From Candidatus Omnitrophota bacterium (GTDB taxonomy: Bacteria > Omnitrophota > Gorgyraeia > Pluralincolimonadales > Pluralincolimonadaceae): 64,000 nt of DNA. Below are positions 36,137 to 46,363 of the stretch, piece after piece. Made by a program: the position numbers and the translations under genes. Location: positions 8,307 to 72,306 of the forward strand of contig PLNR01000009.1 of the NCBI GenBank assembly GCA_003141835.1. Reading direction: 5' to 3'. The notes under the pieces are model-generated. The model saw only the letters and a list, made by a program, of their open reading frames with translations. It was not told the DNA's origin and did not search any database. Each line of letters opens with the position of its first letter. The stretch's first letter is position 1.

Positions 36137-37402
36137 TTACTCCTCCCTTTCTCTGTGTATATTCGCTCCCAATTGCGACAATTTATTCTCTATCCTATCA
36201 TAACCCCTGTCCAAATGGTAGACCCTTGAGACGTCGGTCCTGCCTCTCGCGGCCATGCCGGCCAATACCAGCGCGGCCGAGGCGCGCAGATCCGACGCCA
36301 TCACCGGGGCGCCGCTCAGCTGTTTTATGCCTTTTACTATAGCCGAGTCGCCCTCGAGTTTTATCTGCGCTCCCATCCTTGCCAATTCGCTCACATGCAT
36401 ATACCTATCGGGATAGATCTTCTCTGTTATGACGCTTATCCCGTTTATTGTAGTCATCAGGGCCATCATCTGCGCCTGAAGATCGGTCGGGAACCCCGGG
36501 TATGGCAGCGTCGTGATATCTACAGGCCTAAGCTGCCGCTGGACCCTGACGCGTATATCCTTCCCGTGGCGCGTTATAGTGACGCCGGAATCCTGCAATT
36601 TATCGACGAGCGCCCCGAGATGGTCGAACCTGGCGCCTTTTACGGTGATATCGCCCCGGGTTATGGCAGCAGCCACCATGAAAGTTCCGGCCTCTATCCT
36701 GTCGGGTATCACCTCGGCCTCGGCCCCGCCGAGTTTCTTTACGCCCTCTATCTCGATAAAATGCGTACCCGCTCCTTTTATCTTCGCGCCCATCTTATTA
36801 AGAAAATCCGCGAGGTCCACGACTTCCGGCTCGCAGGCCGCGTTCTCTATGACCGTCCTGCCTTTGGCCAGTGTCGCGGCCATCATGACGTTATCGGTCG
36901 CCAGGACCGACGAGCCGAACGCCCCGCCCAAATATACATGCGCGCCTTTAAGCTGCTTCGTCTCGCCCATGACGTAACCGTGCTCTATCTTAAGGTCTGC
37001 GCCGAGCGCCTTTATGCCTTTAAGGTGGAGGTCCACCGGGCGGTTGCCGATGGCGCAGCCTCCGGGATACGACACCTGCGCTCTCTTGTGTTTTGCGAGG
37101 ATCGGACCCAGGACGCAGAACGAGGCGCGCATCTCCTTGACGTATTTATACGGCGCTATGTAATTCTTATATCCTTTCGGCTCTATCACCAGCCGCCCTG
37201 ACTCGACCTGCACCTTCACGCCAAGGTTGCGCAGGATCTTTATCATGGTGTTGACGTCGCGCAGCGGCGGGACCCGTTTTATCACGCATTTCTCGTCGGT
37301 GAGCAGCGTGGCGGCCATTATCGGCAGCGCGGAGTTCTTGGCCCCGCTTACCTCGACCGATCCTTTTAACCGCGTCGGGCCTTCTATTACTATCTTATCC
37401 AT
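36137..37402 (-). CDS. murA: UDP-N-acetylglucosamine 1-carboxyvinyltransferase MurA
   Basis: 421 aa with EPSP-synthase-fold MurA motifs (LSGAKNSALPIMAA, catalytic Cys in GGCAIGNRPVDLH). Confidence 0.9.
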   Translation of the reverse strand: MDKIVIEGPTRLKGSVEVSGAKNSALPIMAATLLTDEKCVIKRVPPLRDVNTMIKILRNLGVKVQVESGRLVIEPKGYKNYIAPYKYVKEMRASFCVLGPILAKHKRAQVSYPGGCAIGNRPVDLHLKGIKALGADLKIEHGYVMGETKQLKGAHVYLGGAFGSSVLATDNVMMAATLAKGRTVIENAACEPEVVDLADFLNKMGAKIKGAGTHFIEIEGVKKLGGAEAEVIPDRIEAGTFMVAAAITRGDITVKGARFDHLGALVDKLQDSGVTITRHGKDIRVRVQRQLRPVDITTLPYPGFPTDLQAQMMALMTTINGISVITEKIYPDRYMHVSELARMGAQIKLEGDSAIVKGIKQLSGAPVMASDLRASAALVLAGMAARGRTDVSRVYHLDRGYDRIENKLSQLGANIHREREE

Positions 37403-38188
37403 TTAACGCCTCTTCGCGAAGACTATCCTGTCTATATCGTTATAATCTTTTAATATCTCTATATCGCAGTATGACCCGTCCGACTCGAGGAGATCCTTGA
37501 TCGCCCGAGCCTGGCCGAATCCTATCTCCAGTATAAGGAATCCTCCGCGGCCCAGCCTCTTCGCCGCGCCGGGGATTATCCTTTTATAAAACTCGAGGCC
37601 TTTCAGCCCGCCGTCCAGGGCGATCCTCGGCTCGCTCCTCACTTCCGGGGGCAAAGAGTCGTAATCTTCGCTCGGTATGTACGGAGGGTTCGAGATGACC
37701 AGGTCGAACTTCTTCTTCCCGGGAATGCGCTCAAAAAGGTCCGAGAGGACGAATTCTATCCTGTCGCCTACGCCGTTTGCCGCGGCGTTCTCCCTGCCGA
37801 CTTCCAGGGCCTCCTCAGAGACGTCGGAAGCTACTATTTTACAGGACGGGCTCAATTTTGTCAAACTTACGGCTATGGCGCCGGAACCGGTCCCAAGGTC
37901 GAGGATCGACGGTTCGGAGATGCCTTCCCTCTCCATGAGAGTCAGGACCCTCTCGACGAGTATCTCAGTTTCCGGTCTCGGTATAAGGACGGAAGGGTTT
38001 ACGTCGAAATCAAAACCCATGAACTCCGCCTCGCCGGTAATATATTGGACCGGGATACCGCGGGCGTATGAATCGAGCGCTTCGTGGAAGAGCTTTATGT
38101 TCTCCTCGTCGGCCTCGTAATCACCCGTATATAATTGCGCGCGGTCGCAGTTGAACGCCCAGCACGCCAGTTGTTCGAATGAATCCAT
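37403..38188 (-). CDS. prmC: Release factor glutamine N5-methyltransferase PrmC (HemK)
   Basis: NPPY motif (VISNPPYIP) and the SAM-binding LDLGTGSGAI. Immediately downstream of prfA. Confidence 0.85.
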   Translation of the reverse strand: MDSFEQLACWAFNCDRAQLYTGDYEADEENIKLFHEALDSYARGIPVQYITGEAEFMGFDFDVNPSVLIPRPETEILVERVLTLMEREGISEPSILDLGTGSGAIAVSLTKLSPSCKIVASDVSEEALEVGRENAAANGVGDRIEFVLSDLFERIPGKKKFDLVISNPPYIPSEDYDSLPPEVRSEPRIALDGGLKGLEFYKRIIPGAAKRLGRGGFLILEIGFGQARAIKDLLESDGSYCDIEILKDYNDIDRIVFAKRR

Positions 38189-38190
38189 AT

Positions 38191-39261
38191 TTATTTTGCC
38201 TCTTTAAGCCTGAGGTCCTTCTCCTGTTTTAACAGCGCCATTATCACTTCTTCCAGGTCGCCTTCGAGCACGTTCTCGAGGTTATGGACCGTAAAACCTA
38301 TCCTGTGGTCGGTGATGCGCCTGTCCGGGTAATTATAAGTGCGGATCTTCTCGCTGCGTTCGCCCGTGCCTATCTGCGTCTTGCGCTCTTTAGCTATCTT
38401 CTGCTGCTGTTCGGAAACCGCTTTATCCATGATCCTCGCGCGCAGGACCTTCATAGCCTTGTTCTTATTCTTCAACTGGGAACGCTCGTCCTGGCACTGG
38501 ACGACTATCCCGGTCGGGATGTGCGTGATCCTGACCGCTGAGTCCGCGGTATTTACGGACTGGCCGCCTGCGCCCGACGACCTGAATACGTCCACTTTCA
38601 GATCTTTCGCGTCGATCTTTATGTCTACGTCCTCGGCTTCGGGGAGCACAGCTACCGAGACCGTCGAGGTATGTATCCTGCCCGACGCTTCGGTGGCCGG
38701 GACCCTCTGCACCCTGTGGACGCCCGACTCGAATTTCATCTTCCTGTAGACGCCGTTTCCGTCCACTCCGAAGACGACTTCCTTGAACCCGCCGGCCTCG
38801 GATAAGCTCGAGCTCAGCATCTCGACTTTCCAGCCCTGGCTCGCGGCGTATCTGGAATACATCCTGAAAAGGTCTGAAGCAAAAAGCGACGCCTCCTGCC
38901 CCCCGGTGCCGGCGCGGATCTCGACGATTATATTTTTATCCGCATCCGGGTCGTTCTCGAGGAGCATCTCCTCAACCTCTTTTTCGAGGCCCGGCCTTAT
39001 CTTCCTGAGGCCGGATAATTCATCCTTGGCCATCTCGGCGAATTCCGCGTCGGATGACTTCTTCTCCAGGAGATCCTCGAGCTCGACAATCTCGGAGTCT
39101 ATTTTCCTGTACTCCTTATACTTGGAGACTATGCGCCTGAGCGAAGCCAATTCCTTCATATGCCGCTGGTAGGCGTACGAATCCGCTATCACCTTCGGAT
39201 CAGTGACTAGCTTCTCGAGCTCCTCATAGCGCCTGACTTTGGTCTCTAAAGCTTCGAACAT
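38191..39261 (-). CDS. prfA: Peptide chain release factor 1
   Basis: The GGQ motif (SGAGGQSVNT) and RF1 tripeptide-anticodon region are present. 356 aa. Confidence 0.9.
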   Translation of the reverse strand: MFEALETKVRRYEELEKLVTDPKVIADSYAYQRHMKELASLRRIVSKYKEYRKIDSEIVELEDLLEKKSSDAEFAEMAKDELSGLRKIRPGLEKEVEEMLLENDPDADKNIIVEIRAGTGGQEASLFASDLFRMYSRYAASQGWKVEMLSSSLSEAGGFKEVVFGVDGNGVYRKMKFESGVHRVQRVPATEASGRIHTSTVSVAVLPEAEDVDIKIDAKDLKVDVFRSSGAGGQSVNTADSAVRITHIPTGIVVQCQDERSQLKNKNKAMKVLRARIMDKAVSEQQQKIAKERKTQIGTGERSEKIRTYNYPDRRITDHRIGFTVHNLENVLEGDLEEVIMALLKQEKDLRLKEAK

Positions 39262-39276
39262 CCGGTATAAGCCCTT

Positions 39277-39477
39277 TTACTTCTTGTTGTATTTCTTTTT
39301 GAATTTCTCGACCCTGCCGGCGACATCCATCAGCTTTGAAAGGCCGGTGAAGAACGGGTGGCATTTCGAGCAGATCTCGACCCTTATGTTCTGTTTTGTC
39401 GAGCGGGTATGGATGACCTCGCCGCACGCGCAGGAGATAGTCGTCTCCTCGTATTTCGGATGGATCTTCTCTTTCAT
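39277..39477 (-). CDS. rpmE: 50S ribosomal protein L31 (zinc-ribbon type)
   Basis: MKEKIHPKY...CACGEV...[10 protein letters not shown] is a canonical L31 with CxC...CxxC. Confidence 0.85.
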   Translation of the reverse strand: MKEKIHPKYEETTISCACGEVIHTRSTKQNIRVEICSKCHPFFTGLSKLMDVAGRVEKFKKKYNKK

Positions 39478-39495
39478 TTTCGTTTCTCCTTTTTG

Positions 39496-40827
39496 TTATT
39501 TTGCCTGCATGTTCATCAGGAACTCGGCGTTGTTCTTGGTCTTTCCCAACCTGTCGACCAACAGCTCCATCGCCTCGTCCGAATTCATCTCGTTTAACAC
39601 CTTCCTCATGATCCAGATGCGCTTCAGTTCGTCTTCCTTGAAGAGCAGGTCTTCCTTCCTGGTGTTGGAACGCTTGATGTCAATGGCCGGGTATATCCTC
39701 TTCTGGAACATGTTCCTGTCGAGCTGCAACTCCATGTTGCCGGTGCCCTTGAACTCCTCAAAGATAACCTCATCCATGCGGCTTCCCGTATCGACGAGCG
39801 CGGTAGCGATGATAGTAAGCGATCCGCCCTCTTCGACTGCGCGGGCCGCTCCGAAGAACCTCTTCGGCTTATGCAGCGCGCTTGAATCGACGCCGCCGGA
39901 GAGTATCTTACCGCTGTGCGGGGCGACCGTGTTGTAGGCGCGCGCGAGGCGCGTTATCGAGTCGAGGAGGACAACGACATCCTTCTTGTTCTCGACGAGC
40001 CTCTTCGCCTTCTCGAGGACTATCTCGGCGACCTGTATGTGCCTTTCGGCCGGTTCATCGAAAGTCGAGCTGACGACCTCGCCTTTGACCGAACGCTGCA
40101 TATCGGTGACTTCCTCGGGGCGCTCGTCGATCAAAAGGACTATCAGCACAACCTCGGGATAGTTATTCATGATGGAGTTCGCGATCTTCTGGAGCAGGAT
40201 AGTCTTTCCGCTGTACGGCTGGGCGACAATAAGGCCCCTCTGGCCTTTTCCTATAGGGGTCAACATGTCCATGATCCTCATCGAAATCTCTTCCGTATCG
40301 GTCTCGAGGACATACCTTTGGTTAGCGTAGAGCGGCGTCAGGTTATCGAATAAAGTGCGCTCCTTCATCGATTCCGGATGCTCCATATTCACGACTTCCA
40401 CTTTGAGCAGCGCGAAATAACGTTCGCCCTCTTTGGGCGGGCGTATCTGTCCGCTGACCGTGTCGCCTGTGCGCAGGTCGAACCTCCTTATCTGGCTCGG
40501 CGAGACGTAGATATCGTCCGGCGACGGCAGGTAATTATAGTTCGACGACCGCAGGAAGCCAAACCCGTCCGGAAGGATCTCGAGGACGCCCTCGCCGAAC
40601 ATGAAACCTTCTTTTTCGGCCTGCGCCTGGAGTATCTTGAAGATCAGGTCCTGCTTCTTGAGCCCGCTTATGGAATTGACGCTCAGGTCCTTGGCGGCTT
40701 TAGTGAGCTCCTGGATCGTCATCTTCTTGAGCTTCGTTATATTGAAACCCGTACCCGACGGCTCTTTCGTCTCGGCCGCCTCTTTTGCAGGTTGTTTCCC
40801 GTTTGTCTCTTCGTTATTAGTCTTCAT
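39496..40827 (-). CDS. rho: Transcription termination factor Rho
   Basis: N-terminal RNA-binding OB region, a Walker A GKT ([10 protein letters not shown]) and the RecA-like core. 443 aa. Confidence 0.9.
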   Translation of the reverse strand: MKTNNEETNGKQPAKEAAETKEPSGTGFNITKLKKMTIQELTKAAKDLSVNSISGLKKQDLIFKILQAQAEKEGFMFGEGVLEILPDGFGFLRSSNYNYLPSPDDIYVSPSQIRRFDLRTGDTVSGQIRPPKEGERYFALLKVEVVNMEHPESMKERTLFDNLTPLYANQRYVLETDTEEISMRIMDMLTPIGKGQRGLIVAQPYSGKTILLQKIANSIMNNYPEVVLIVLLIDERPEEVTDMQRSVKGEVVSSTFDEPAERHIQVAEIVLEKAKRLVENKKDVVVLLDSITRLARAYNTVAPHSGKILSGGVDSSALHKPKRFFGAARAVEEGGSLTIIATALVDTGSRMDEVIFEEFKGTGNMELQLDRNMFQKRIYPAIDIKRSNTRKEDLLFKEDELKRIWIMRKVLNEMNSDEAMELLVDRLGKTKNNAEFLMNMQAK

Positions 40828-41335
40828 TCCATTCCTCCTCTTCCATGAACACCTTGAATGTTCCTCCCTCTTTTTGTGCCAACGCTAAAGCCTCTACGGC
40901 GCATCCCAGCAATTCATCACCCGAGAAAGCGAAAGAAAAATAATGCGCTATCCCGATCGAAGCCGAGATCTTCAGCCTGTCCGAGGCGAAATCGTGGTTC
41001 TTTAAAGATTCTATTATCTTTGACGCCTTCTCCTTCGCTTCTTTAAGCGTGATCTCGCGCAACAGGAGAAGGAACTCATCCCCGCCGAACCTTGCTAGAA
41101 GGTCCGCCGGCCTCAGCATGTGGTTCAGCACATTAGCCGTAGCGGCCAGCACCTCATTGCCGGTGTTCCTGCCGTACCACCGGTTGACCCTCTCCAAGTT
41201 GTCTATATCGACCAAAAGAAGCGCGATAGGCGGAAGTATTCTCTTGTTCTTTGATCCCGATATCTCACTGTTAAGGACATCGAGGACATCCTCTATCCCG
41301 TGAGGACAGTTTACGCTCCCACTAGCTTCTTCCAT
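40817..41335 (-). CDS. Minimal stand-alone GGDEF-domain protein (putative diguanylate cyclase), no sensor domain
   Basis: Intact GGDEF motif ([11 protein letters not shown]) preceded by a DxD-type metal site ([13 protein letters not shown]). 172 aa. Overlaps the coaE 3' end by 25 nt and the rho 5' end by 11 nt. Confidence 0.65.
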   Translation of the reverse strand: MEEASGSVNCPHGIEDVLDVLNSEISGSKNKRILPPIALLLVDIDNLERVNRWYGRNTGNEVLAATANVLNHMLRPADLLARFGGDEFLLLLREITLKEAKEKASKIIESLKNHDFASDRLKISASIGIAHYFSFAFSGDELLGCAVEALALAQKEGGTFKVFMEEEEWNED

Positions 41336-41910
41336 ATAGCCCTTGATTGTTTTGCCGTAGAGACGAAGCTGCCGCCGTTGTCAATCACGAAATCAGCGGC
41401 CTTTATCTTTTCCTTTATCGGCATCTGCATCTTTATGCGCCGCAATATTTCGGATTTGCCGAGCCCGAATTTCCCGCCGGCCCTGACGAGTTGCACGCTT
41501 CTCGGCGCGGCGACTACCACCACTTTGTCCACCTGTTTTTGGCCGCCGCTCTCCAGCAAGAGCGGGACATCGACGACGACTATCGCCGAGGGATCGGACC
41601 TTTTTATCCTGGCGATCCTGCCGCGGATCTCCTTGTATACAAGCGGGTGGATGATCCCGCCTAATTTCTTAAGGAGCCGACGGTCCGCAAAGACTTTCCG
41701 GCCCAGGGCTTTCCTGTCTATGAAATGGTCGCGCCTCAGGATCGTCTTACCGAAAACCGAGACGACTTTCTTCCACGCGGGTTTTCCCGGATAAATAAGC
41801 TGGTGGGAGATCTCGTCCGCGTCGATCACCGCCGCTCCCATCCTCCTGAACATCCCCGAGACGGTCGTCTTACCCGTGCCTATGCTTCCCGTCACCCCGA
41901 TTATGACCAT
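41311..41910 (-). CDS. coaE: Dephospho-CoA kinase
   Basis: Walker A at MVIIGVTGSIGTGKTT. The start was moved from the track's 41976 to the ATG at 41908-41910, 2 nt after the glgA stop. Confidence 0.8.
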   Translation of the reverse strand: MVIIGVTGSIGTGKTTVSGMFRRMGAAVIDADEISHQLIYPGKPAWKKVVSVFGKTILRRDHFIDRKALGRKVFADRRLLKKLGGIIHPLVYKEIRGRIARIKRSDPSAIVVVDVPLLLESGGQKQVDKVVVVAAPRSVQLVRAGGKFGLGKSEILRRIKMQMPIKEKIKAADFVIDNGGSFVSTAKQSRAIWKKLVGA

Positions 41911-41912
41911 CG

Positions 41913-43307
41913 TCACACCAGCTTCTTGTATACTTCGAGATATTTTTCCGCGGACCTGTCCCACGAGAAATCGCATTTCATCGCATTGGATACGAGCTTA
42001 GCCCAAAGACCCCTCTGCTTGTAAAGGCCTATCGCCTTCTTTATCTCATCCAAAAGCTCCCACGCGTCGTACATCTCGAAAACGAATCCGTTGCCGCGCG
42101 TCGTCTCCGGGTCGTATTCGGTTATCGTATCGGCGAGCCCGCCTGTCCTGCGCACGACCGGGATCGTCCCGTACCTTAGCGATATCATCTGGCCGAGGCC
42201 GCACGGTTCGTAACTTGATGGTACTAAGAAAAGATCTGTACCAGCATATATCTTTTTCGCCAGGACCTCGTCGAACTTAAGGTTTATCGACGCTTTGCGC
42301 GGGAACTTCTTTTTTATCCCCTCAAACAGCCGGTGGTACTTCTCTTCGCCTGTGCCGAGCAATATGAATTGGACGTCGTGGTCCAGGAGCGGGTCTATTA
42401 TCCGGGCGACCAGGTCGAGGCCTTTCTGGTCCGCGAGCCTCGATATGATCCCGACGATCGGGACGTCCCGCCTCTCGTCCAAGCCCGCTTCCTTTTGGAG
42501 CAGGGCTTTATCCTTGTATTTTCCTTCCGGTTTCGGCTGCGAAAAATGGTATTTAAGCTCTTTATCCTCCGAGGGATCCCAATCGCCGTAATCGATGCCG
42601 TTCAAGATGCCGAAAAGGTCCTTCTTCCTCTCGGATAGCAGCCCGTTGAGTCCCCATCCGAATTCGGGCGTCTGTATCTCCTTCGCGTAGGTCGGCGAGA
42701 CCGTCGTTATTGCGTCCGCGAATACGAGCCCGCCTTTAAGGATATTCACCTTGTCATAAAATTCGAGCCGATTAATAGTGAAATATTCCCAACCGAGGCC
42801 GGTCTTGGGCAATTCCTGTTTCGGGAATACCCCCTGATAGCCAAGGTTGTGGATCGTGAGCACACTCTTCATATTTTCGTAGAACTTATCTTTCTTTCCG
42901 TATATCTCCTTCAAATAGACCGGGACGAGCGCAGTTTGCCAGTCGTTGCAATGGATCACGTCCGGCTTAAAATCCAGTTCCTTTAACTGCTCGATCACGC
43001 TCCTCGAGAAGAACGAGAACCTGTCGAGGTTATCGGCGTAGTCGCCGTTCTTGTCGGAGTAGAGCTTATCCCTCATGAAAAATTTGTCGTTCTTTACGAA
43101 ATAGACCGGCACCTTATCGGCCAGCATCGCCTCGTTGCCGAAGGCCCTTACGCATTTGTAATGGGGGGTTATTACCCTGACGTCAACCCCGGCCTTGTCC
43201 AGGGCCACCGGAAGGCTGCCCGCCACATCGGCAAGTCCTCCGGTCTTGGAGAAAGGGTCTACCTCGCTTGAGGCGAAGAGCACTTTTATTCTCTTGCCTT
43301 TAGCCAT
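41913..43307 (-). CDS. glgA: Glycogen synthase (ADP-glucose type)
   Basis: N-terminal KTGGLADVAGSLP motif and GT-B fold length (464 aa). Confidence 0.85.
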   Translation of the reverse strand: MAKGKRIKVLFASSEVDPFSKTGGLADVAGSLPVALDKAGVDVRVITPHYKCVRAFGNEAMLADKVPVYFVKNDKFFMRDKLYSDKNGDYADNLDRFSFFSRSVIEQLKELDFKPDVIHCNDWQTALVPVYLKEIYGKKDKFYENMKSVLTIHNLGYQGVFPKQELPKTGLGWEYFTINRLEFYDKVNILKGGLVFADAITTVSPTYAKEIQTPEFGWGLNGLLSERKKDLFGILNGIDYGDWDPSEDKELKYHFSQPKPEGKYKDKALLQKEAGLDERRDVPIVGIISRLADQKGLDLVARIIDPLLDHDVQFILLGTGEEKYHRLFEGIKKKFPRKASINLKFDEVLAKKIYAGTDLFLVPSSYEPCGLGQMISLRYGTIPVVRRTGGLADTITEYDPETTRGNGFVFEMYDAWELLDEIKKAIGLYKQRGLWAKLVSNAMKCDFSWDRSAEKYLEVYKKLV

Positions 43308-43308
43308 A

Positions 43309-45978
43309 TCAGGCCGCCTCCAGCCAGTTCTTCCCCGCTTTTACCTGGACCTTGACCGGGACGGTAAGCTTTATGACCTCTTCCATCCCTTTCCTAACTA
43401 TCTTCTTCATCTCGTCGGCCTCAGCATCCGGGACCTCAAAGACCAGCTCGTCGTGCACCTGTAGTATCATCTTTGAGGCAAGCTTCTTCTCCTTCAGGAT
43501 ATTATGTATGTTTATCATGGCTATTTTTATGAGGTCGGCGGCCGAGCCCTGTATCGGGGCGTTTATGGCTGCCCTCTCGGCGAATTGCCTCACGGAATTA
43601 TTCTGGCTGTTTATCTCCGGCAGGTATCTCCTGCGGTTCAATATGGTCGTAACATAGCCGTTCTCCCTCGCCTCGTCAACGAGGTCCCCGAGGAACGTCT
43701 TTACGCGGCCGTATTTTTCGAAATAGGCGTCTATGAATTCCTTCGCCTTCGATACCTCTATCTTCAGTTCTTTGGAAAGGCCGAACGGGCTCATGCCGTA
43801 GATGATCCCGAAGTTGACCGTCTTCGCTATCGAGCGCATCTCCTGGGTGACTTCGCTCTCCTTGACGCCGAAGATGAGCGATGCCGTATGCGTGTGGATA
43901 TCGCGGTCGTTCTCAAAGGCCTCAAGCAGTTCCTTGTCCTGCGAGAAATGCGCGAGTATCCTCAGCTCTATCTGGGAATAATCGGCCGACATGATAACCC
44001 ATCCCTTTTCCCCCGGGATGAACGCCTTCCTTATCTGCCTTCCCGTCTCGGTCTTTATCGGTATATTCTGGAAATTAGGATCGGAAGAGCTTAGCCTTCC
44101 CGTCGCCGTGACCGTCTGGTTGAACGAAGTGTGCACCCGGCCCGACCTCGGGTTGATAAGCTTGGGCAGCGCGTCCACGTACGTCGATTTCAATTTCGAG
44201 ATCTCCCTGTATTTCAGCAGCAGAGCCGGCAGCGCGTGGACCGCCGAAAGCGCCTCGAGGACCTCGACATCTGTCGAATGGCCGGTCTTGGTCTTCTTTA
44301 CGACGGGAAGCTTCATCTTCACGAATAATATCTCGGATAATTGTTTCGGCGAATTTATGTTAAACTCGGTCCCGGCGATCTCATAGATCTCGGAGGTCGT
44401 CTTCTCGAGCAGCTTCTCCATCTCTTTCGACATCTTAGCCAGGTAATCCACGTCTATGGCCACTCCGGTCAACTCCATGGAGGCCAAGCAGCCGAGCAGC
44501 GGCATCTCGACCTCGTGGAAAAGCTTGGCCAGGTTCTTCTCCTCGAGCTGGGCTTCGAGGACGTTCTTTAGCCTGAAGGCCGCGTCTGAGTCCTGGCAGC
44601 AGTAATCCTTTATCTTTTCTATCTCCACTTCCTTCATCGTTATCTTCTTCTTGCCTTCGCCTATGAGGTCGGTTATCGGCGTTTTTTTGAAGCTAAGGTA
44701 TTCCAGTGTTATGTCCTCGAGGTTATGGTTAAATTTCGAGGGGTTTAGCAGGTACGAAGCGACCATCGTATCGAAGACCGGCCCTTCCATGTTGATGCCG
44801 TTCACCGCGAGCAGGAGCTGTTCATATTTGATGTTCTGCCCTATCTTAAGCTTCCTCGTGTCTTCCAGAACAGGCTTGAGCTTCTTGAAAAGGGCTTCTT
44901 TGCCGAAACCTCCTTTAACGTCCCCTATCGGCACGTAATCCGCGGAGCCTTCTTCCCGGCAGAAAGATATACCCACCGGCTCGCATGAAAGGGGATCTGT
45001 CCCGGTAGTCTCGAAATCCAGCGCGAATCCCTTGCTGCCGGCCAATTTCTCCACAAGGCCGTCAAGCGCGGCCTCATCCTCTATTAGGCGGTATTTCCCG
45101 GTAAGCTGCTTCCCCGGGCCGGAAAGATCCTTGAGCAGGCGCTTGAACTCAAACTCGTTGAATAATTCGTAGAGCCTGGCGCTGTCCGGCTCCTTTACCT
45201 TAAGTTCGTCGAAATCTATTTTTATAGGGACATCCCTGTCCACGGTAGCGAGCTCCTTGCTTAATATCGCCTGGTCCCTGTATTCGGTAAGCTTTTTGCG
45301 CAGGCTCTCGGATTTTATCTTATCCCCGGCCGAAAGGACCTTATCGAGGCTGCCGAAATCCTCCATCAGCTTCTTCGCGGTGACCTCGCCTATACCGGTG
45401 ACGCCGGGTATATTATCCGAAGAATCTCCCATGAGCGCGATCAGGTCGACCATACCTTCCGGCGGGACGCCGTAGCGTTCTTTCACCTTATCCTTGTCGT
45501 AGATGAGCCCTTCCTTGTGGACGTTATACACTTTTATGCGCGGCCCGACGAGCTGGAGCATGTCCTTATCGCCGGTCACGATGTAGACCTCATATCCCTT
45601 CTCCGCCGCCTTTACCGCCAGCGTCGCCAGGACGTCGTCTGCCTCATAGCCCTGCATCTCGAAGAGCTGGATATTATAACCCCTGACCACTTCCTTTATA
45701 AGCGGCATCTGGTCGACCAGTTCGTCCGGCATCGGCTTCCTGTGGATCTTGTATTCCTCGAACTTCTTATGCCGAAACGTCGGCCCTTTGAGGTCAAACG
45801 CTATAGCCAGGTATCCGGGCTTCTCGTCCTCGATCAATTTCTTGATCATGGTTATGAACCCGTATATCGCGTTCGTCGGCTGGCCTTTTGAGTTCGTGAG
45901 GCTGCGGATAGCGTAGAATGCCCTATAGCAGAATGAATTACCGTCTATTAAGAAAAGGCGATCTGGATTTTCCGTCAT
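43309..45978 (-). CDS. polA: DNA polymerase I
   Basis: 889 aa with a 5'-3' exonuclease N-terminus (LFLIDGNSFCYRAFYA), a 3'-5' exonuclease region and polymerase motifs (...DYSQIELRILAH..., QVHDELVFE). Confidence 0.9.
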   Translation of the reverse strand: MTENPDRLFLIDGNSFCYRAFYAIRSLTNSKGQPTNAIYGFITMIKKLIEDEKPGYLAIAFDLKGPTFRHKKFEEYKIHRKPMPDELVDQMPLIKEVVRGYNIQLFEMQGYEADDVLATLAVKAAEKGYEVYIVTGDKDMLQLVGPRIKVYNVHKEGLIYDKDKVKERYGVPPEGMVDLIALMGDSSDNIPGVTGIGEVTAKKLMEDFGSLDKVLSAGDKIKSESLRKKLTEYRDQAILSKELATVDRDVPIKIDFDELKVKEPDSARLYELFNEFEFKRLLKDLSGPGKQLTGKYRLIEDEAALDGLVEKLAGSKGFALDFETTGTDPLSCEPVGISFCREEGSADYVPIGDVKGGFGKEALFKKLKPVLEDTRKLKIGQNIKYEQLLLAVNGINMEGPVFDTMVASYLLNPSKFNHNLEDITLEYLSFKKTPITDLIGEGKKKITMKEVEIEKIKDYCCQDSDAAFRLKNVLEAQLEEKNLAKLFHEVEMPLLGCLASMELTGVAIDVDYLAKMSKEMEKLLEKTTSEIYEIAGTEFNINSPKQLSEILFVKMKLPVVKKTKTGHSTDVEVLEALSAVHALPALLLKYREISKLKSTYVDALPKLINPRSGRVHTSFNQTVTATGRLSSSDPNFQNIPIKTETGRQIRKAFIPGEKGWVIMSADYSQIELRILAHFSQDKELLEAFENDRDIHTHTASLIFGVKESEVTQEMRSIAKTVNFGIIYGMSPFGLSKELKIEVSKAKEFIDAYFEKYGRVKTFLGDLVDEARENGYVTTILNRRRYLPEINSQNNSVRQFAERAAINAPIQGSAADLIKIAMINIHNILKEKKLASKMILQVHDELVFEVPDAEADEMKKIVRKGMEEVIKLTVPVKVQVKAGKNWLEAA

Positions 45979-46036
45979 TAGTATAATTTTTTACGGGGAA
46001 AAATGAAAAAGGCGTGGTCTTTCCGGATTATTCTTC

Positions 46037-46363
46037 CTATTCCTTGATCTTTACGGCCGTCCCATAGGCATATACGTAGCCGCTGTAGGTGAAATACTGT
46101 ATGCCTATCACGGCATCGGCCCCCAATTCCTTTCCCGCGTCCTTAAGCTTGCTGTTTAGGGCGTCGAGATTCACTTCGCCGCCGCGGATCGAGACGATCC
46201 CTATGACCTTATAGGAATCTTTTATGTCCGCGGTGGTGAGGACAATGTCCTTCTGTTTGGCACTCTTTGTAATCATGGTAGAAGTAGGGGGCTGGGCCAT
46301 CACGGTTGACGATAATATGATAGCGCATAAAAGGACGGATATCAGTAATATTGTGCGTTTCAT
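46037..46363 (-). CDS. Small secreted YbjQ/DUF74 (UPF0145)-like protein
   Basis: Signal peptide MKRTILLISVLLCAIILSSTVMA, then ...YKVIGIVSIRGGE...GADAVIGIQYFTYSG... resembling the YbjQ_1 fold. Overlaps the 3' end of the second secretin gene by 4 nt. Confidence 0.5.
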   Translation of the reverse strand: MKRTILLISVLLCAIILSSTVMAQPPTSTMITKSAKQKDIVLTTADIKDSYKVIGIVSIRGGEVNLDALNSKLKDAGKELGADAVIGIQYFTYSGYVYAYGTAVKIKE

